This document shows, piece by piece, positions 29,601 to 39,465 of a stretch of 64,000 nt of DNA. The notes under the pieces were generated by a model. That model saw only the letters and a program-made list of their open reading frames with translations, made no database searches and was not told the origin of the DNA. Numbering within the stretch: the stretch's first letter is position 1; the number at the start of each line of letters is the position of its first letter. Source of the DNA: an uncultured Gemmatimonadota bacterium (GTDB taxonomy: Bacteria; JAAXHH01). Position numbers and translations under genes: made by a program. The stretch is taken from assembly GCA_951812955.1 (NCBI GenBank), contig OX638340.1, forward strand, positions 1 through 64,000, read 5' to 3'.

Positions 29601-30676
29601 ACGTTTGTTGCCACCACGATGCGGCGGTTGTTGCCAGGCCGGAAGACACGTTGCTGGTCCGCGTTGGTCAGCCGGCCGAAAAGCGGCAGCACGTCGGTGT
29701 GCCGGTAGGACCTTCCTACGAGCCGCCTGCGTGTCTCGTGTATGTCCTTCTCCGTGGGAAGAAAAACAAGGATGTCGCCCTGGCCCGGTTCTTCCATTAT
29801 CCGGTCGACCGCGTCCACCGCCCCGTCGACATAGGTATAGTCCTCGGTTTCGCCCCGGGTTTCTTCGAGGGGTAGATAGCGTATTTCCACCGGGTACAGG
29901 CGTCCGGAAACCTCGATGACCGGTGCCTGGCCGAAGGCGTCTGAGAACGCGGTCGCATCGATCGTCGCCGAGGTGACCACGATTTTCAGATCCTTCCTGC
30001 GTCGGATCAGCAGCCGCAGGTATCCCAGCAGGAAATCGATGTTCAGGCTGCGCTCGTGGGCCTCGTCGATGATGATCGTGTCGTATTCCAGCAGGTCGGG
30101 ATCGTGCTGTATCTCGGCAAGCAGCATGCCGTCGGTCATCATCTTGACGCGGGTCTCGGCCACGGTCTCGTCCGTGAACCGGATCTTGCACCCGACTTCC
30201 CTTCCCCAGGTCACGTCGAGCTCTTCGGCGATGCGACGCGAGACTGACAGCGCGGCGACCCGGCGGGGCTGCGTGCACGCGATGCGTCCGTACACGCCCC
30301 GGCCCGCTTCGAGACATATTCTGGGCAGTTGCGTCGTCTTGCCCGAGCCGGTCTCTCCCGTTACGATGACGACGGGATGACCGCGCAGGGTTTCGAGTAT
30401 TTCATCCTTCTTTGCCGCAATGGGAAGTTGGGCGTCGATGGAGATGGACGCGTGGGACTGGAGGCGCTGATCCACGAGCGCGGCCGAAGCCTCGGCCCGA
30501 TTCTTCAACCTGGCAAGCCGGTCGTGGTCCCCTCGCCGAGCGCCGCGCAGCTTCTTCAACTGCCGCTCTATTTCGCGGCGGTCGTTCAGCGTGCACCGCG
30601 CGAGAAGTCCCCTTATTTCATCCGGCAAGTGATGACCGGGTGCCGGCATCCTGGAATGCGTAGTCTTGCCGTTCAT
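26633..30676 (-). CDS. hrpA: ATP-dependent RNA helicase HrpA (DEAH-box)
   Basis: 1347 aa; '[22 protein letters not shown]' (Walker A), '[20 protein letters not shown]' (DEAH), '[21 protein letters not shown]', 'QRAGRCGR', followed by the long HrpA-specific C-terminal region. Confidence 0.9.
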   Translation of the reverse strand: MNGKTTHSRMPAPGHHLPDEIRGLLARCTLNDRREIERQLKKLRGARRGDHDRLARLKNRAEASAALVDQRLQSHASISIDAQLPIAAKKDEILETLRGHPVVIVTGETGSGKTTQLPRICLEAGRGVYGRIACTQPRRVAALSVSRRIAEELDVTWGREVGCKIRFTDETVAETRVKMMTDGMLLAEIQHDPDLLEYDTIIIDEAHERSLNIDFLLGYLRLLIRRRKDLKIVVTSATIDATAFSDAFGQAPVIEVSGRLYPVEIRYLPLEETRGETEDYTYVDGAVDAVDRIMEEPGQGDILVFLPTEKDIHETRRRLVGRSYRHTDVLPLFGRLTNADQQRVFRPGNNRRIVVATNVAETSLTIPRIKYVVDTGFARISRYASRTRTQRLPIEPIAQSSALQRAGRCGRVSGGVCLRLYSESDLANRAEYTTPELQRANLAEVILRMLVLKLGDVHAFPFLDRPTPQAIRDGFQLLAELGAIDRERKLTGRGRDMARLPVSPTVSRMLLQAREEGALQEILVIASAISIQDPRVRPLDQQEQADREHRKFRNGASDFLTLLNIWDAFHNTFEHLQTQAAMRRFCRQHYLSYNRMREWRDIYVQLRRSLRETGGFRGRSGRSGSAHYDAIHRSILSGLLSQVAEQREGNLYTGSRNRTAMIFPGSVLFRRKPDAKRQGKRPTGQLDVDNGKDGEDGQREGVGAAPWIVAAEMVETNRLYARTVARIQPGWAAELGRHLCRASHTDPGWDGSAERVTVTETLHLHGLMVDRRTIDYKAVEPDDATRIFIREALVNDELRSHYGFMDHNRKIRRDAETWQLKHRNTYRVDLDEVAFRFYEKRISRVSSVHDLNRLIKTGGKGNASFLRMEIQDLTGTGDEPDRIDRPGLPDWPEDFPEHFNLEGDKLPLRYACRPGREEDGVTISLPQDKVHLLNPDSLDWLVPGLLCEKIEAMLRGLPGRKRKLLVPIPDTARKIAEDLSPTDTSLASALTEYIARHNGIEIDRSDWEAGTIPDHLRMRVLVTGEDGGTVLTTRDPERVRNEIVVRTNAAESEDWSKAVETWERYDLRDWPAGDLPDKIETGLSGSLPKYAYPGLQADDDVVDLRLFRDRHEAYRQTRTGLIRLLERRMSDELAWMRRDLAFLRDLPGLAEHAGGFEALLDYAYGHLLGALFTREPLYPLTARRFEEDVETARLLLKKLPDWFRQQMQELESVSWGELRTADAYPGMEDDLKRLIPRDFLLKTPAVELPNLVRFLKAVETRNLRAREDRSKDLKKAALVRPFDDALRALINREDVNPALLSEFRWMLEEYRVSVFAQELGTARTVSPKRLREMLAGIEADSRASESS

Positions 30677-30829
30677 GAGTATCCGTTTCTTGCACGATTA
30701 AGGTTGACTCCGACCGAACCTGGCTGTTACGCAAGTAGGCCGGTACGACAAGGCTCGCTACGGTACCGCCGCAAAAAGTCACTGATGCGCACCAGTTTCG
30801 AATAGATGCTGATGGACCTGGTGAGCGGG

Positions 30830-31189
30830 GATGGGCGCGAATGCTCGCAGCGCGATAAATGACAGATTACGAATTAAGATCTCGGAATCAAAACCCATTC
30901 TTAACGTGTGTTAGGGAAAAGAAGAGGGGTAAATGCGCGACACGCTGGTTTTTAGGCTACCAAATGAACGCGTATTTTGATTTCTATTCGATCACCAGGA
31001 GCTAAATCAGTCTGCATGGGTTGACGGGAATAACACTTTACTGTAAAAATGGTTTGGTTTAATAACTTACATTACAAATTCTGCTACTAACGTAAGTCTG
31101 ACTCCAATTAGCATTCCACGTAGCCCGAACTCACGTAGCGTATCAGGAGTGCTATTCTTCCACAACCTGCCCGTGAGGAGAACGCAAAG
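30830..31189. promoter_or_regulatory. AT-rich (about 40% GC) 360-bp intergenic island upstream of the substrate-binding-protein gene
   Basis: Sharp compositional drop relative to flanks. Contains a repeated 'cacgtagc' motif and an AGGAGA RBS before the ATG at 31190. Function unassigned; it could hold a promoter, a leader, or an ncRNA. Confidence 0.4.
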
Positions 31190-32464
31190 ATGAATCCGGC
31201 GCAGCGATTGGTTTCTCACTTGATACCCCCTCTTGTGATGATTGCGGGGTTGCTGCCGGCGACCTTTAGCATGGCCTGTCGGGGCGGGCAGGATGCCCCC
31301 GAGCCAGATGCCGGCGGACGAGGAATGAATACGCCGCACCCGGCAACAGCGCAGGGTGAAGGCCGGGAGGACCCCGGGTTTTCCGACGGCCATGTCCTTT
31401 TTGGCCAGTCCGCCGCGTTCACCGGACCTGCACGGGAATTGGGCCAGGCGATGCGCCTTGGTATCGAGGCGGCATTTCTCGAGGCCAATCAGGGTGGAGG
31501 GGTCTATGGCCGCGAACTGCAGCTCAGGGCGTTGGATGACGGATATGAAACCTACTTTGCCGTTTCCAATACGCAACAGTTGATTGAGAATGAAAAGGTC
31601 TTCGCGCTGATCGGCGCGGTGGGCACGCCCACGTCCCGTGCCGCATTGCCGCTGGCCCGATCAGCCGGGGTGCCTTTCCTGGCTCCGTTCACGGGGGCGG
31701 AGTTCCTGCGCGACCGGGAACTGGACAATGTGCTCAACGTCCGGGCTTCGTACTACCAGGAAACCGAAGAGATGGTGTCGAGGCTCACCGAGGACCTGGG
31801 GATCACCCGCGTTGCCGTCCTCTATCAGGACGATTCCTTCGGCATGAACGGGCTGGAGGGCACGCGATTGGCGCTGGAACGCAGGGGACTGGCGCCGGTA
31901 GCGGCCGCGCATTACCCGCGCAATACCCGCGCGGTGAAGGGAGCATCACTCAATATCACGGCGGCCAATCCGGAAGCCGTGATCATGATCGGTTCCTACA
32001 GGCCGGTGGTCAGGACCATAGAGCTGGTGCGGCGGGAGATGGAACCGGTATTCATGACGGTCTCCTTTGTGGGGAGCAACGCCCTGGCGAACGCGTTGGG
32101 GTCCTCCGGGACCGGCGTGTACGTTACGCAAGTAGTCCCTCTCCCCAATGATGAAAACATCCCCGTGGTGGCTCGATATCAACGCGCCCTCTCCGAGTAC
32201 GACCCCAAGGCCGAGCCCGGTTTCGTTTCACTGGAGGGTTACCTGGCCGGACGCCTGGCCGTCGCCGGTCTCAAGGCTTGCGGCCCCGACCTGAGTCGAG
32301 CGTGCCTGCTCCAGTCGGTACGAAATGCCGGCGCCATAGAAATCGACGGCATCCAGCTCGAATACGGGCCGGACGATAACCAGGGTTCCAATGCCGTGTT
32401 CTTGACCGTGATTGGTGCGGACGGCAAGTATCACGGGGTCGAAGACCTGAGAGGCTCGTACTGA
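31190..32464 (+). CDS. ABC-transporter substrate-binding lipoprotein, branched-chain amino acid (LivK/type-I PBP) family
   Basis: Lipobox 'LLPATFSMACRGG'. 'GQSAAFTGPARELGQAMRLGIEAAFLEANQGGGVYGRELQLRALDDGYE' and 'ALIGAVGTPTSRAALPLA' fit the Peripla_BP_6 family. Confidence 0.75.
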   Translation: MNPAQRLVSHLIPPLVMIAGLLPATFSMACRGGQDAPEPDAGGRGMNTPHPATAQGEGREDPGFSDGHVLFGQSAAFTGPARELGQAMRLGIEAAFLEANQGGGVYGRELQLRALDDGYETYFAVSNTQQLIENEKVFALIGAVGTPTSRAALPLARSAGVPFLAPFTGAEFLRDRELDNVLNVRASYYQETEEMVSRLTEDLGITRVAVLYQDDSFGMNGLEGTRLALERRGLAPVAAAHYPRNTRAVKGASLNITAANPEAVIMIGSYRPVVRTIELVRREMEPVFMTVSFVGSNALANALGSSGTGVYVTQVVPLPNDENIPVVARYQRALSEYDPKAEPGFVSLEGYLAGRLAVAGLKACGPDLSRACLLQSVRNAGAIEIDGIQLEYGPDDNQGSNAVFLTVIGADGKYHGVEDLRGSY

Positions 32465-32484
32465 AGTCCCCCTGAACTGCACCA

Positions 32485-34257
32485 GTGGAGAACCACAAGA
32501 TGTCCATGGAAGGCTTCTCGCTCCAAGAGATAGTGGATCTGTTCAGATTAGCTGAGCACACGCCCGAACTGCACCAATCGTTGCTGACGCTCGGTATGCT
32601 CATCATCGTTGCCAAGTTGGCCGAGGGCGCTTTTCGCAGGCTGCGGCTGAACTCCATCATAGCCTATGCAGCGACAGGTATGTTCCTTGGTCCGGTTTTG
32701 GAATTGACCGGTGTCTGGTGGATTGAGTCTACGCTGCACCTCGAGTTGGTTTTGGCGCTGGGCGTGTTCATCTTTTTTTTCCTGATCGGCCTGGACGAAG
32801 TGGATATTTCCAGTTTCATGTCGTCCCTCAAGGGCCATTACTTCCTCGCGGCTATACTGTCCGTGATCGTGTCACTCGGCATATCTATGCTGGTCACCAC
32901 CGAATTGGTTTTCGATTTCGGTCTGAAACTGAATTTCACCGAGTCGCTGGCGCTGGCCGGCGTACTGTCGATGACCAGTCTGGGCATCGTGGCCAAAGTG
33001 CTGACAGATGGTGGATACCTGAAACAGCCGGTCGGACTGCAGATTTTCACCGTGGTGATCATCGCCGAGTTGATTGCCCTGCTGCTGATCGGCTTCAGCA
33101 TCGGTGAGCACGCCCACCAGGTTTCACCTCTCGGCATTCTGGTTTTGCTGTGCAAAGTGGCCGGTTTTTCGGTGGTGACCTGGATATTGTCGTCGCGGGT
33201 GCTGCCGCCGTTGGTGGCGCTGTTGCAGCGGGTGATCCAGGTGCCCCAACTCTCCCTGGGTCTGCTGCTTGGCATGCTCTTCCTGATCGTGTACGGCGCG
33301 GAAGCAGTGGGGCTCCACGGCTCACTCGGCGCTTTACTGTTCGGAGCGTCGCTGTCGAGCCTTCCCTACCAGGTGCAGCGGGAGATTATTCCTGGGATTC
33401 GCAGCGTGGCCGAAGGGTTTTTCGTACCGCTCTTCTTTGCTTCCGTCGGATTGAGCTTCAGCTTTACCTTCGTAACCTTGCCGCTGGCGGCCATGGCGGG
33501 GTTGGCGCTGATCCCTCTAATTGGCAATTTCACCGGCGCCTTCATCGGGGCATACGTGTCGCGCCTCACCGTTCCCTACGCCGTGGCAACCGGGTTGATG
33601 GGCAAAGGAGTGGCTGAAATCGCGCTGTTGCTGGTTATGTGGGGATCTGGAATCATCGACGAGGTGGTATTCTCATTCCTTGTGCTGGTCATGTTCTGCT
33701 ACATCCTGTTCATGCCGGCGGTGATTAACTACGCGGTAGGCCGGGCCAGCCGCAGGACCGACCTGCCAGCGCAACTTGACGACATTCCGATGGGAATAGT
33801 CCGCTTCGCGCTGGAAGACATCAGGATTGATGACATTCTGGACCGCTCGCATGGGTATCCTGCGTCTTCGGTCTCAGTGCGTGATTTCACTGAGCAGTGG
33901 GTCGTTCCGCACCAGTCCCACTATGTCGTGGCAGATAAGGAAGCGCTGGTTGGGATCGTGTCCCTGGAGATGCTCCGCTACCTGCCTAAGGACGATTGGG
34001 GCAAGACCAGGCTAGACACCGTGGTACGCCGCCAAACCCCCAAGGCCTGGCCTGATGAGCAAGTCGAAGACATACTGCACCGAATGTCGGAGAGTTCTCT
34101 TTCCGTCATGCCCGTCGTGGAAAGGGATACGGAAAAGTTCATAGGCGCGGTCACCAGCAGCGACATCATCCAGCTCATGACCATGGATGCCATGGGCGAG
34201 AGCAGACCGCCGCACCGCTCGGTCAACACCTCGACAAGATCCCTGCAGGACCATTGA
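32485..34257 (+). CDS. cation:proton antiporter (CPA/Na+-H+ exchanger family) with C-terminal CBS domain pair
   Basis: About 12 TM helices with the CPA-type 'LFFFLIGLDEVD'. The C-terminal roughly 140 aa has two CBS-like segments ('GYPASSVSVRDFTEQWVVPHQSHYVVADKEALVGIVS', 'VMPVVERDTEKFIGAVTSSDIIQLM'). Start could also be 32500 or 32506. Confidence 0.75.
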   Translation: MENHKMSMEGFSLQEIVDLFRLAEHTPELHQSLLTLGMLIIVAKLAEGAFRRLRLNSIIAYAATGMFLGPVLELTGVWWIESTLHLELVLALGVFIFFFLIGLDEVDISSFMSSLKGHYFLAAILSVIVSLGISMLVTTELVFDFGLKLNFTESLALAGVLSMTSLGIVAKVLTDGGYLKQPVGLQIFTVVIIAELIALLLIGFSIGEHAHQVSPLGILVLLCKVAGFSVVTWILSSRVLPPLVALLQRVIQVPQLSLGLLLGMLFLIVYGAEAVGLHGSLGALLFGASLSSLPYQVQREIIPGIRSVAEGFFVPLFFASVGLSFSFTFVTLPLAAMAGLALIPLIGNFTGAFIGAYVSRLTVPYAVATGLMGKGVAEIALLLVMWGSGIIDEVVFSFLVLVMFCYILFMPAVINYAVGRASRRTDLPAQLDDIPMGIVRFALEDIRIDDILDRSHGYPASSVSVRDFTEQWVVPHQSHYVVADKEALVGIVSLEMLRYLPKDDWGKTRLDTVVRRQTPKAWPDEQVEDILHRMSESSLSVMPVVERDTEKFIGAVTSSDIIQLMTMDAMGESRPPHRSVNTSTRSLQDH

Positions 34258-34296
34258 AGCGGCAGTCTTTCTGCGGCCACCGCGCCAGGGATATTC

Positions 34297-35496
34297 CTAC
34301 ATCAGCAGGCCCGCCACGGTGGCGGTCATGTTGGCGGCCAGGGCGCCGCCGATCATGGACCGTATACCGAACCGGGCGATGTCCTTGCGACGCTCCGGCA
34401 CCAGCCCGCCGATCCCCCCGATCATGATCGCGATGGTACCGAAGTTGGCGAAACTGCACAGCGCGTAGGTGGCGATGACGAATGATCGCTCCGACAACTG
34501 TGCCTCCATCGCGCTGAGGTCCTGGTAGGCAAGAAATTCGTTCAGAATGGTCTTCTTGCCGATCAGCATGCCCACGGCCTGGGCGTCTTCCCACGAAACG
34601 CCCATGAGCAGCGCCAGCGGCGCGCAGACCCATCCCAGGATGCGTTCGAGGGACAGCGGCGCGCCGTCCAGATGGGGGGCGAGTCCCACAGCCCAGTTGA
34701 ACAGGCTGACGAAGGCGATGGCCACGATAAGCATGGCGGCCACGTTCAGTGCCAGTCTCAAACCGTCCGACGCTCCGCTGCAGGCTGCGTCGATAAAGTT
34801 GACGCCCGGTTTCGGCACGTCCACGGTCACCACGCCCAGGGTACGTGACGTTTCGGTCTCGGGCGTCATGATCTTGGCGATGACCAGCGCCGCGGGCGCC
34901 GACATGAGCGATGCGGCCAGGAGATGGCCCGCGTCGGCGCCCAGGGCGACATAGGCGGCGAGCACGGATCCGGCCACGGTCGCCATGCCCGAAGTCATCA
35001 TGGCCATGATCTCGGACCGGGTCATGGTCTTCAGGTAGGGCAGGATGACGAGGGGCGCCGTGGAGGCGCCGAGATAGACGTTCGCCGCCGCAGCCATGGA
35101 TTCCGAGCCGGACGCGCCCATGGCGCGCACCATGACCTTGGCCATCTGCCGGACGACCCACTGAATCCACCCCAGGTAGAACAGGATCGAAGTGATGGAG
35201 GAAACGAAGATGATCATCGGGAGCACGGAGAAGCCGAACAACGCCGTTTCCACCAGGTCGCCGAAGACGAATCGCGCCCCTTCGTTGGAGAAGGCGATTA
35301 CCTTGTTAATGGCCAGCCGGGCCAGGTCGAAGACCAGTTGGCCTGGCGCCGTGTGCAGCAGCAGCAGGGCGAGCAGGGCTTGAAGACCCAGGCCGCTTCC
35401 GATCAGCCGCCAGTTCAATCGCCGCCGGTTCTCCGAGAGAAGCCAGGCTATACCCAGAAGGACCAGCAAGCCTAAAAGGCCAATTACGCGTTCCAT
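34297..35496 (-). CDS. nupC: concentrative nucleoside transporter (NupC/CNT family)
   Basis: 399 aa; 'GARFVFGDL', 'SSITSILFYLGWIQWVVRQMAKVM', 'NEFLAYQDL', 'ALCSFANFGTIAIMIGGIG' are strongly conserved CNT-family blocks. Confidence 0.85.
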   Translation of the reverse strand: MERVIGLLGLLVLLGIAWLLSENRRRLNWRLIGSGLGLQALLALLLLHTAPGQLVFDLARLAINKVIAFSNEGARFVFGDLVETALFGFSVLPMIIFVSSITSILFYLGWIQWVVRQMAKVMVRAMGASGSESMAAAANVYLGASTAPLVILPYLKTMTRSEIMAMMTSGMATVAGSVLAAYVALGADAGHLLAASLMSAPAALVIAKIMTPETETSRTLGVVTVDVPKPGVNFIDAACSGASDGLRLALNVAAMLIVAIAFVSLFNWAVGLAPHLDGAPLSLERILGWVCAPLALLMGVSWEDAQAVGMLIGKKTILNEFLAYQDLSAMEAQLSERSFVIATYALCSFANFGTIAIMIGGIGGLVPERRKDIARFGIRSMIGGALAANMTATVAGLLM

Positions 35497-35499
35497 TGG

Positions 35500-36981
35500 T
35501 TATCCCCGGCTGGCGGTTCGCGGCCACAGGGAGGCCAGGCCGACGTACAGGAATCCGGCGAAAAACAGGCAGAGGAAGGGGATGGAAGGGTAGATGCCGT
35601 TGATGGCCGTGTAGTATATCAACAGGCCGAAGTGCACGGCGAACAGCAGCTCCAGCGCCGGAAGCCAGTTCCGGATCCCCCGGTAGCGCAGCCTGCGCCA
35701 CCGGACCGCCTGCTCCGTCCTGCTTAGGATGCCGTATTTCGGCGTCCGTTGAAAACCCGACTTGAGGTTCAGCAGCGCTTCCATGACGGCCCGCGTGTTG
35801 TTGAGGCAGATGCCAATGCCGATGGACATGAGCACAGGGAGATAAAGGGGACACCAAATCCACCGGGTGCGGTTTATTTCGAACTGCGCAAACAGGTAGA
35901 AGAGCGATACGGATACCGTGGCCGCGCAAAGAAAGGGCAGGTCGATCCAGAAGGAATTGATCCACCCGGCCTGCACCCGGATTACTATTGATGGAAAGAT
36001 CAGGACCGACAGCAGCAGCATGAGCATGTAGGCCATGTTGTTGGTGAGGTGATAGGTCGCCTCAAGCTTGTTGCGGAAGGGCAGCGAGCTGCGCCATACC
36101 GATGGAAGCATTTTCTTCGCGGTCTGGATGGATCCCTTGGACCACCGGTGCTGCTGGGTCTTGAATGCGTTCATTTCCACCGGGAGTTCAGAGGGGGTGG
36201 ATACATCTTCCAGGAACAGGAACCGCTGGCCCTGGAGTTGCGCCCGGTAGCTGAGGTCGAGATCCTCGGTCAGCGTGTCGTGCTGCCAGCCGCCCGCCGC
36301 ATCGATGCAATCCCGCCGCCAGATCCCCGCCGTCCCGTTAAAGTTGAAGAACCTGCCCGACCGGTTTCGCGCGCCGTGCTCCATGACGAAGTGTCCGTCC
36401 AGCATGATCGCTTGGACTCTGGTCAGGATCGAGTAGCCGCGGTTGAGATAGGACCAACGGGTCTGCACCATGCCCACCCGTTCGTCACCGAATCGGTGCA
36501 TCGTGTTCCTCAGGAATCCCGTAGGCGGGATGAAGTCTGCGTCGAAAATGGCGATGAATTCTCCCCTGGCCGCCTGCATTCCCGCCTGCAACGCACCCGC
36601 TTTGTAGCCCGTACGATCCGTCCGGTGCAGGTAGTGGATGTCGAAGCCGGCTTCCCTGTATCTTGTCACGCACCGGGCCGCTATTTCGCGGGTCTCGTCG
36701 GTAGAGTCGTCCAGGACCTGGATTTCCAGGCAATCGCGTGGATAGTCGATCCGGCAGACGGCGTCGATCAGCCTTTCCACCACGTACTGTTCGTTGTAAA
36801 GGGGTAGTTGTACGGTAACCGAGGGGGGCGGATCTGCGAGGGCTTCCGGCTTTACAGGCCGGGCCCGTTTCTTATATTTATAATACAGATACACCATGAG
36901 GTAACGGTGCATGCCGTAGACTGCGAGCAGGAACAGGACGAAGAAGTAGAGGATAATGAAGATCAGCGAAAGATAGCTCAT
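35500..36981 (-). CDS. processive family-2 glycosyltransferase (cellulose/chitin/hyaluronan-synthase-like membrane GT2)
   Basis: 'VTVQLPLYNEQ', 'LDDSTDET', 'AIFDADF' (DxD) and 'QQHRWSKG' (QxxRW) between N- and C-terminal TM bundles. Confidence 0.8.
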   Translation of the reverse strand: MSYLSLIFIILYFFVLFLLAVYGMHRYLMVYLYYKYKKRARPVKPEALADPPPSVTVQLPLYNEQYVVERLIDAVCRIDYPRDCLEIQVLDDSTDETREIAARCVTRYREAGFDIHYLHRTDRTGYKAGALQAGMQAARGEFIAIFDADFIPPTGFLRNTMHRFGDERVGMVQTRWSYLNRGYSILTRVQAIMLDGHFVMEHGARNRSGRFFNFNGTAGIWRRDCIDAAGGWQHDTLTEDLDLSYRAQLQGQRFLFLEDVSTPSELPVEMNAFKTQQHRWSKGSIQTAKKMLPSVWRSSLPFRNKLEATYHLTNNMAYMLMLLLSVLIFPSIVIRVQAGWINSFWIDLPFLCAATVSVSLFYLFAQFEINRTRWIWCPLYLPVLMSIGIGICLNNTRAVMEALLNLKSGFQRTPKYGILSRTEQAVRWRRLRYRGIRNWLPALELLFAVHFGLLIYYTAINGIYPSIPFLCLFFAGFLYVGLASLWPRTASRG

Positions 36982-36983
36982 AC

Positions 36984-38363
36984 ATGTCCGTTTCTGCTTA
37001 CAGATTCCATGCCCGTCTCCCCGGCCGGATCGCGATCCCCGGAATCCTGCTCGTGGCCGCCTGTGTCTGCATAGCGGCCATCGGGGACCTGAGGACCGGA
37101 CTGTTCGATCCCAACGCGTACCTGCCCGGGTTCGCGGCCACCCTGGTAACCCTGCCCGACGCCCTGCTGCTTTTCTGGATTCCCTTTGCCGCTGCTTTCG
37201 TCGTCTATACGATCGCCGTCGTACACCAGGTCCGTGCCGACGCTACGCCGGATCGGAGTCCACTCTGGTTCATCCTGGCCGCGGCCATCCTCTGCCGCAT
37301 CGTCCTGCTGTTCAGTCCACCCACGCTTTCCGACGACATCAACCGGTATTTGTGGGACGCCCGGATGCAGTTCCACGGCGTCAATCCCTATGTATATGCG
37401 CCGGAAAGCGAAGATATCGCCCACCTTCGCGATGAATTCCATGGGGGAATCAACAACAAGGATGTCCCGACGGTCTATCCGCCCCTGATGCAGACGGCTT
37501 TCATGGTCGCCGCGTACCTGTGGTACAGTCCAACTTCCATGAAACTGTTCTTCACCCTGTGCGACGTGGGCGTGATCGTGCTCATGATCCTGGTACTCGG
37601 TCGTCGAAACCGTCCGCCGGAGCGGGTGCTCATCTACGCCTGGAATCCCCTCGTCCTCGTTGAAATCTCCGGTAGCGGGCACAACGATTCGCTGCCCGTA
37701 GTCCTCATGCTCGCCGCGTTGCTGGCGGTAGACGGTCAGCGGTCTTACCGGGCGGTAGCCTGGCTCGCCCTTTCCATGCTCGCCAAATGGTTCACCGTCA
37801 TGCTTGTACCGGCCTTCTACCGCAAATTTCGCAGCCTGAAGCCGTTCTGGATCCTGCCGGCCCTGATCTTCGTCTCCTACCTGCCCTATCTCGACGCCGG
37901 TCCGAGCCTGTTCGGCGGACTCCTGGTCTACGGCGACAAATGGCGGTTCAACGACAGTATCTTCTCGATCTTGTTCTATCTGACGGATTCGCTGAACGTG
38001 TCCAAGATCATCGTGGCCACGCTCTTCGCCGGCCTGGTTGCGTATTGCGCGGCCTGGATACCAGATCCATTCCGTTCGGCTTTCATTCTTCTCGGTGCCT
38101 ATCTCGCGCTTACGCCCACGGTGCAACCCTGGTACCTGGTCTGGATCATCCCGTTCCTCTGCCTCTACCCCAACCCGGCATGGATCCTGCTTTCTGGCCT
38201 GGCCGCCCTTTCATACCATGTCGTGATCGGGTTCGTACTCAGCGGGACCTGGCACGAAGAAACCTGGGTTCGCTACGTGCAGTACGTCCCCTTCTACGGC
38301 CTGTTGATCGCGCAGTTTCTGAGGAACGGTTCGTGGCGGAACGCGCTGAAACCGGTTTCCTGA
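36984..38363 (+). CDS. polytopic membrane protein, GT-C-type glycosyltransferase-like (DUF2029/PMT-like)
   Basis: 459 aa, at least 10 hydrophobic helices, and an early loop with 'LSDDINRYLWDARMQFHGVNPY' (Asp-rich first-loop motif as in GT-C enzymes). Start codon uncertain: the ATG at 36984 is only 2 bp from the divergent GT2 start. Confidence 0.55.
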   Translation: MSVSAYRFHARLPGRIAIPGILLVAACVCIAAIGDLRTGLFDPNAYLPGFAATLVTLPDALLLFWIPFAAAFVVYTIAVVHQVRADATPDRSPLWFILAAAILCRIVLLFSPPTLSDDINRYLWDARMQFHGVNPYVYAPESEDIAHLRDEFHGGINNKDVPTVYPPLMQTAFMVAAYLWYSPTSMKLFFTLCDVGVIVLMILVLGRRNRPPERVLIYAWNPLVLVEISGSGHNDSLPVVLMLAALLAVDGQRSYRAVAWLALSMLAKWFTVMLVPAFYRKFRSLKPFWILPALIFVSYLPYLDAGPSLFGGLLVYGDKWRFNDSIFSILFYLTDSLNVSKIIVATLFAGLVAYCAAWIPDPFRSAFILLGAYLALTPTVQPWYLVWIIPFLCLYPNPAWILLSGLAALSYHVVIGFVLSGTWHEETWVRYVQYVPFYGLLIAQFLRNGSWRNALKPVS

Positions 38364-38592
38364 TTCACGCTGAAACAAGCGGGAAAACCCGGGCTGCGCA
38401 CGCATCCCGGCGCACCGGCGTAAATTAACCGGCACAGGGGTCGGATGCAAGGGCTAACGCGTCGCGCCGTGCGATGGCAACAGCCGATTTCGATTGACGA
38501 AATCCCGCCGTGAATGTACACTTCTCCGCCGAATTCGGCACCTTGACCGTTTCGATTACATGACCCCGACCACGTGCATCCCGGAGGAATCC

Positions 38593-39360
38593 ATGCCCGA
38601 TACATCCCTGTTCTCCCTGGAAGGCAAAACCATGATCGTTACTGGTGCGAGCAAGGGCATCGGCAAGGCCGTCGCGCTTGCGGCCGCCAGCGCCGGCGCC
38701 GACCTGGCGATCGGAAGCCGCACCCGGGCCGACCTGGAACTCGTGGCTACCGAGATCCGGTCGATGGGCCGTAGTTGCGCCGTTCATACGGTGGACGTGG
38801 GCAAGGTAGACTCGATCCGCGCGTTCGCGGACAAGGTGCTCGCTGAAGCAGGGGAAATCGACATCCTGGTCAACAACGCCGGGTGCAACCGGATCATGCC
38901 GGTGCTCGAAGTCACCGAAGAAGTGTACGACGAGATTATTGATGTGAACCTGAAAAGCGTATTCTTCCTCAGCCAGGCTCTCGCAGCCCACATGATCGAA
39001 CGAGGCCGCGGCGGCCGCATCATCAACGTTTCCTCCCAGGTGGGCGTGGTCGGCGGTCCATTGCGCGCGGCCTATACCGCGGCCAAGGGCGGCGTGTGCA
39101 CGCTGACCAAATCCATGGCGGCCGAATGGGCGGAGCACGGAATCACCGTGAATGCCGTGGCGCCGACCATGACGCGGACTCCTATGGTGGAGAAAGCGAT
39201 GGAGAACCCGGGATTCCGGGCCAATATCAAGAAGATTCTGCTGGGCCGGATTGCCGAACCGGAAGAAATCGCCAGTTCGATCATCTACCTCGCGTCCGAC
39301 GCCAGCGCCATGGTAACCGGCCACACCATGGTCGTGGACGGCGGATATACGGCCGTCTAA
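38593..39360 (+). CDS. short-chain dehydrogenase/reductase (SDR) family oxidoreductase
   Basis: 'KTMIVTGASKGIGKAVA' (TGxxxGxG), 'NNAG', the catalytic 'SSQVG...YTAAKGGV' (S...YxxxK) and 'VNAVAPT' C-terminal motif. GGAGGA RBS before the ATG at 38593. Confidence 0.85.
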   Translation: MPDTSLFSLEGKTMIVTGASKGIGKAVALAAASAGADLAIGSRTRADLELVATEIRSMGRSCAVHTVDVGKVDSIRAFADKVLAEAGEIDILVNNAGCNRIMPVLEVTEEVYDEIIDVNLKSVFFLSQALAAHMIERGRGGRIINVSSQVGVVGGPLRAAYTAAKGGVCTLTKSMAAEWAEHGITVNAVAPTMTRTPMVEKAMENPGFRANIKKILLGRIAEPEEIASSIIYLASDASAMVTGHTMVVDGGYTAV

Positions 39361-39465
39361 CGGCGCGCAACGGCCCACACGGCTACTGCGCGGCCGTTTC
39401 CTCACCGCTTCCGGTTCATCCCACATCGAGGCCGGTACCGCATCAAGTTCGGTACCACATCAAGG

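Noticed and set aside
28803-30317. 504-aa Arg/Pro/Gly-rich ORF antisense inside hrpA. Similar long antisense ORFs occur inside the GlmL-like gene (2352-3119), lptG (10495-11505), nadE (22487-23446), addA (56024-57085) and addB (59634-60521).
   Set aside because: These are typical high-GC shadow ORFs: extreme Arg/Pro/Gly bias, no recognisable motifs, and each is fully contained in a gene with strong family signatures on the other strand.
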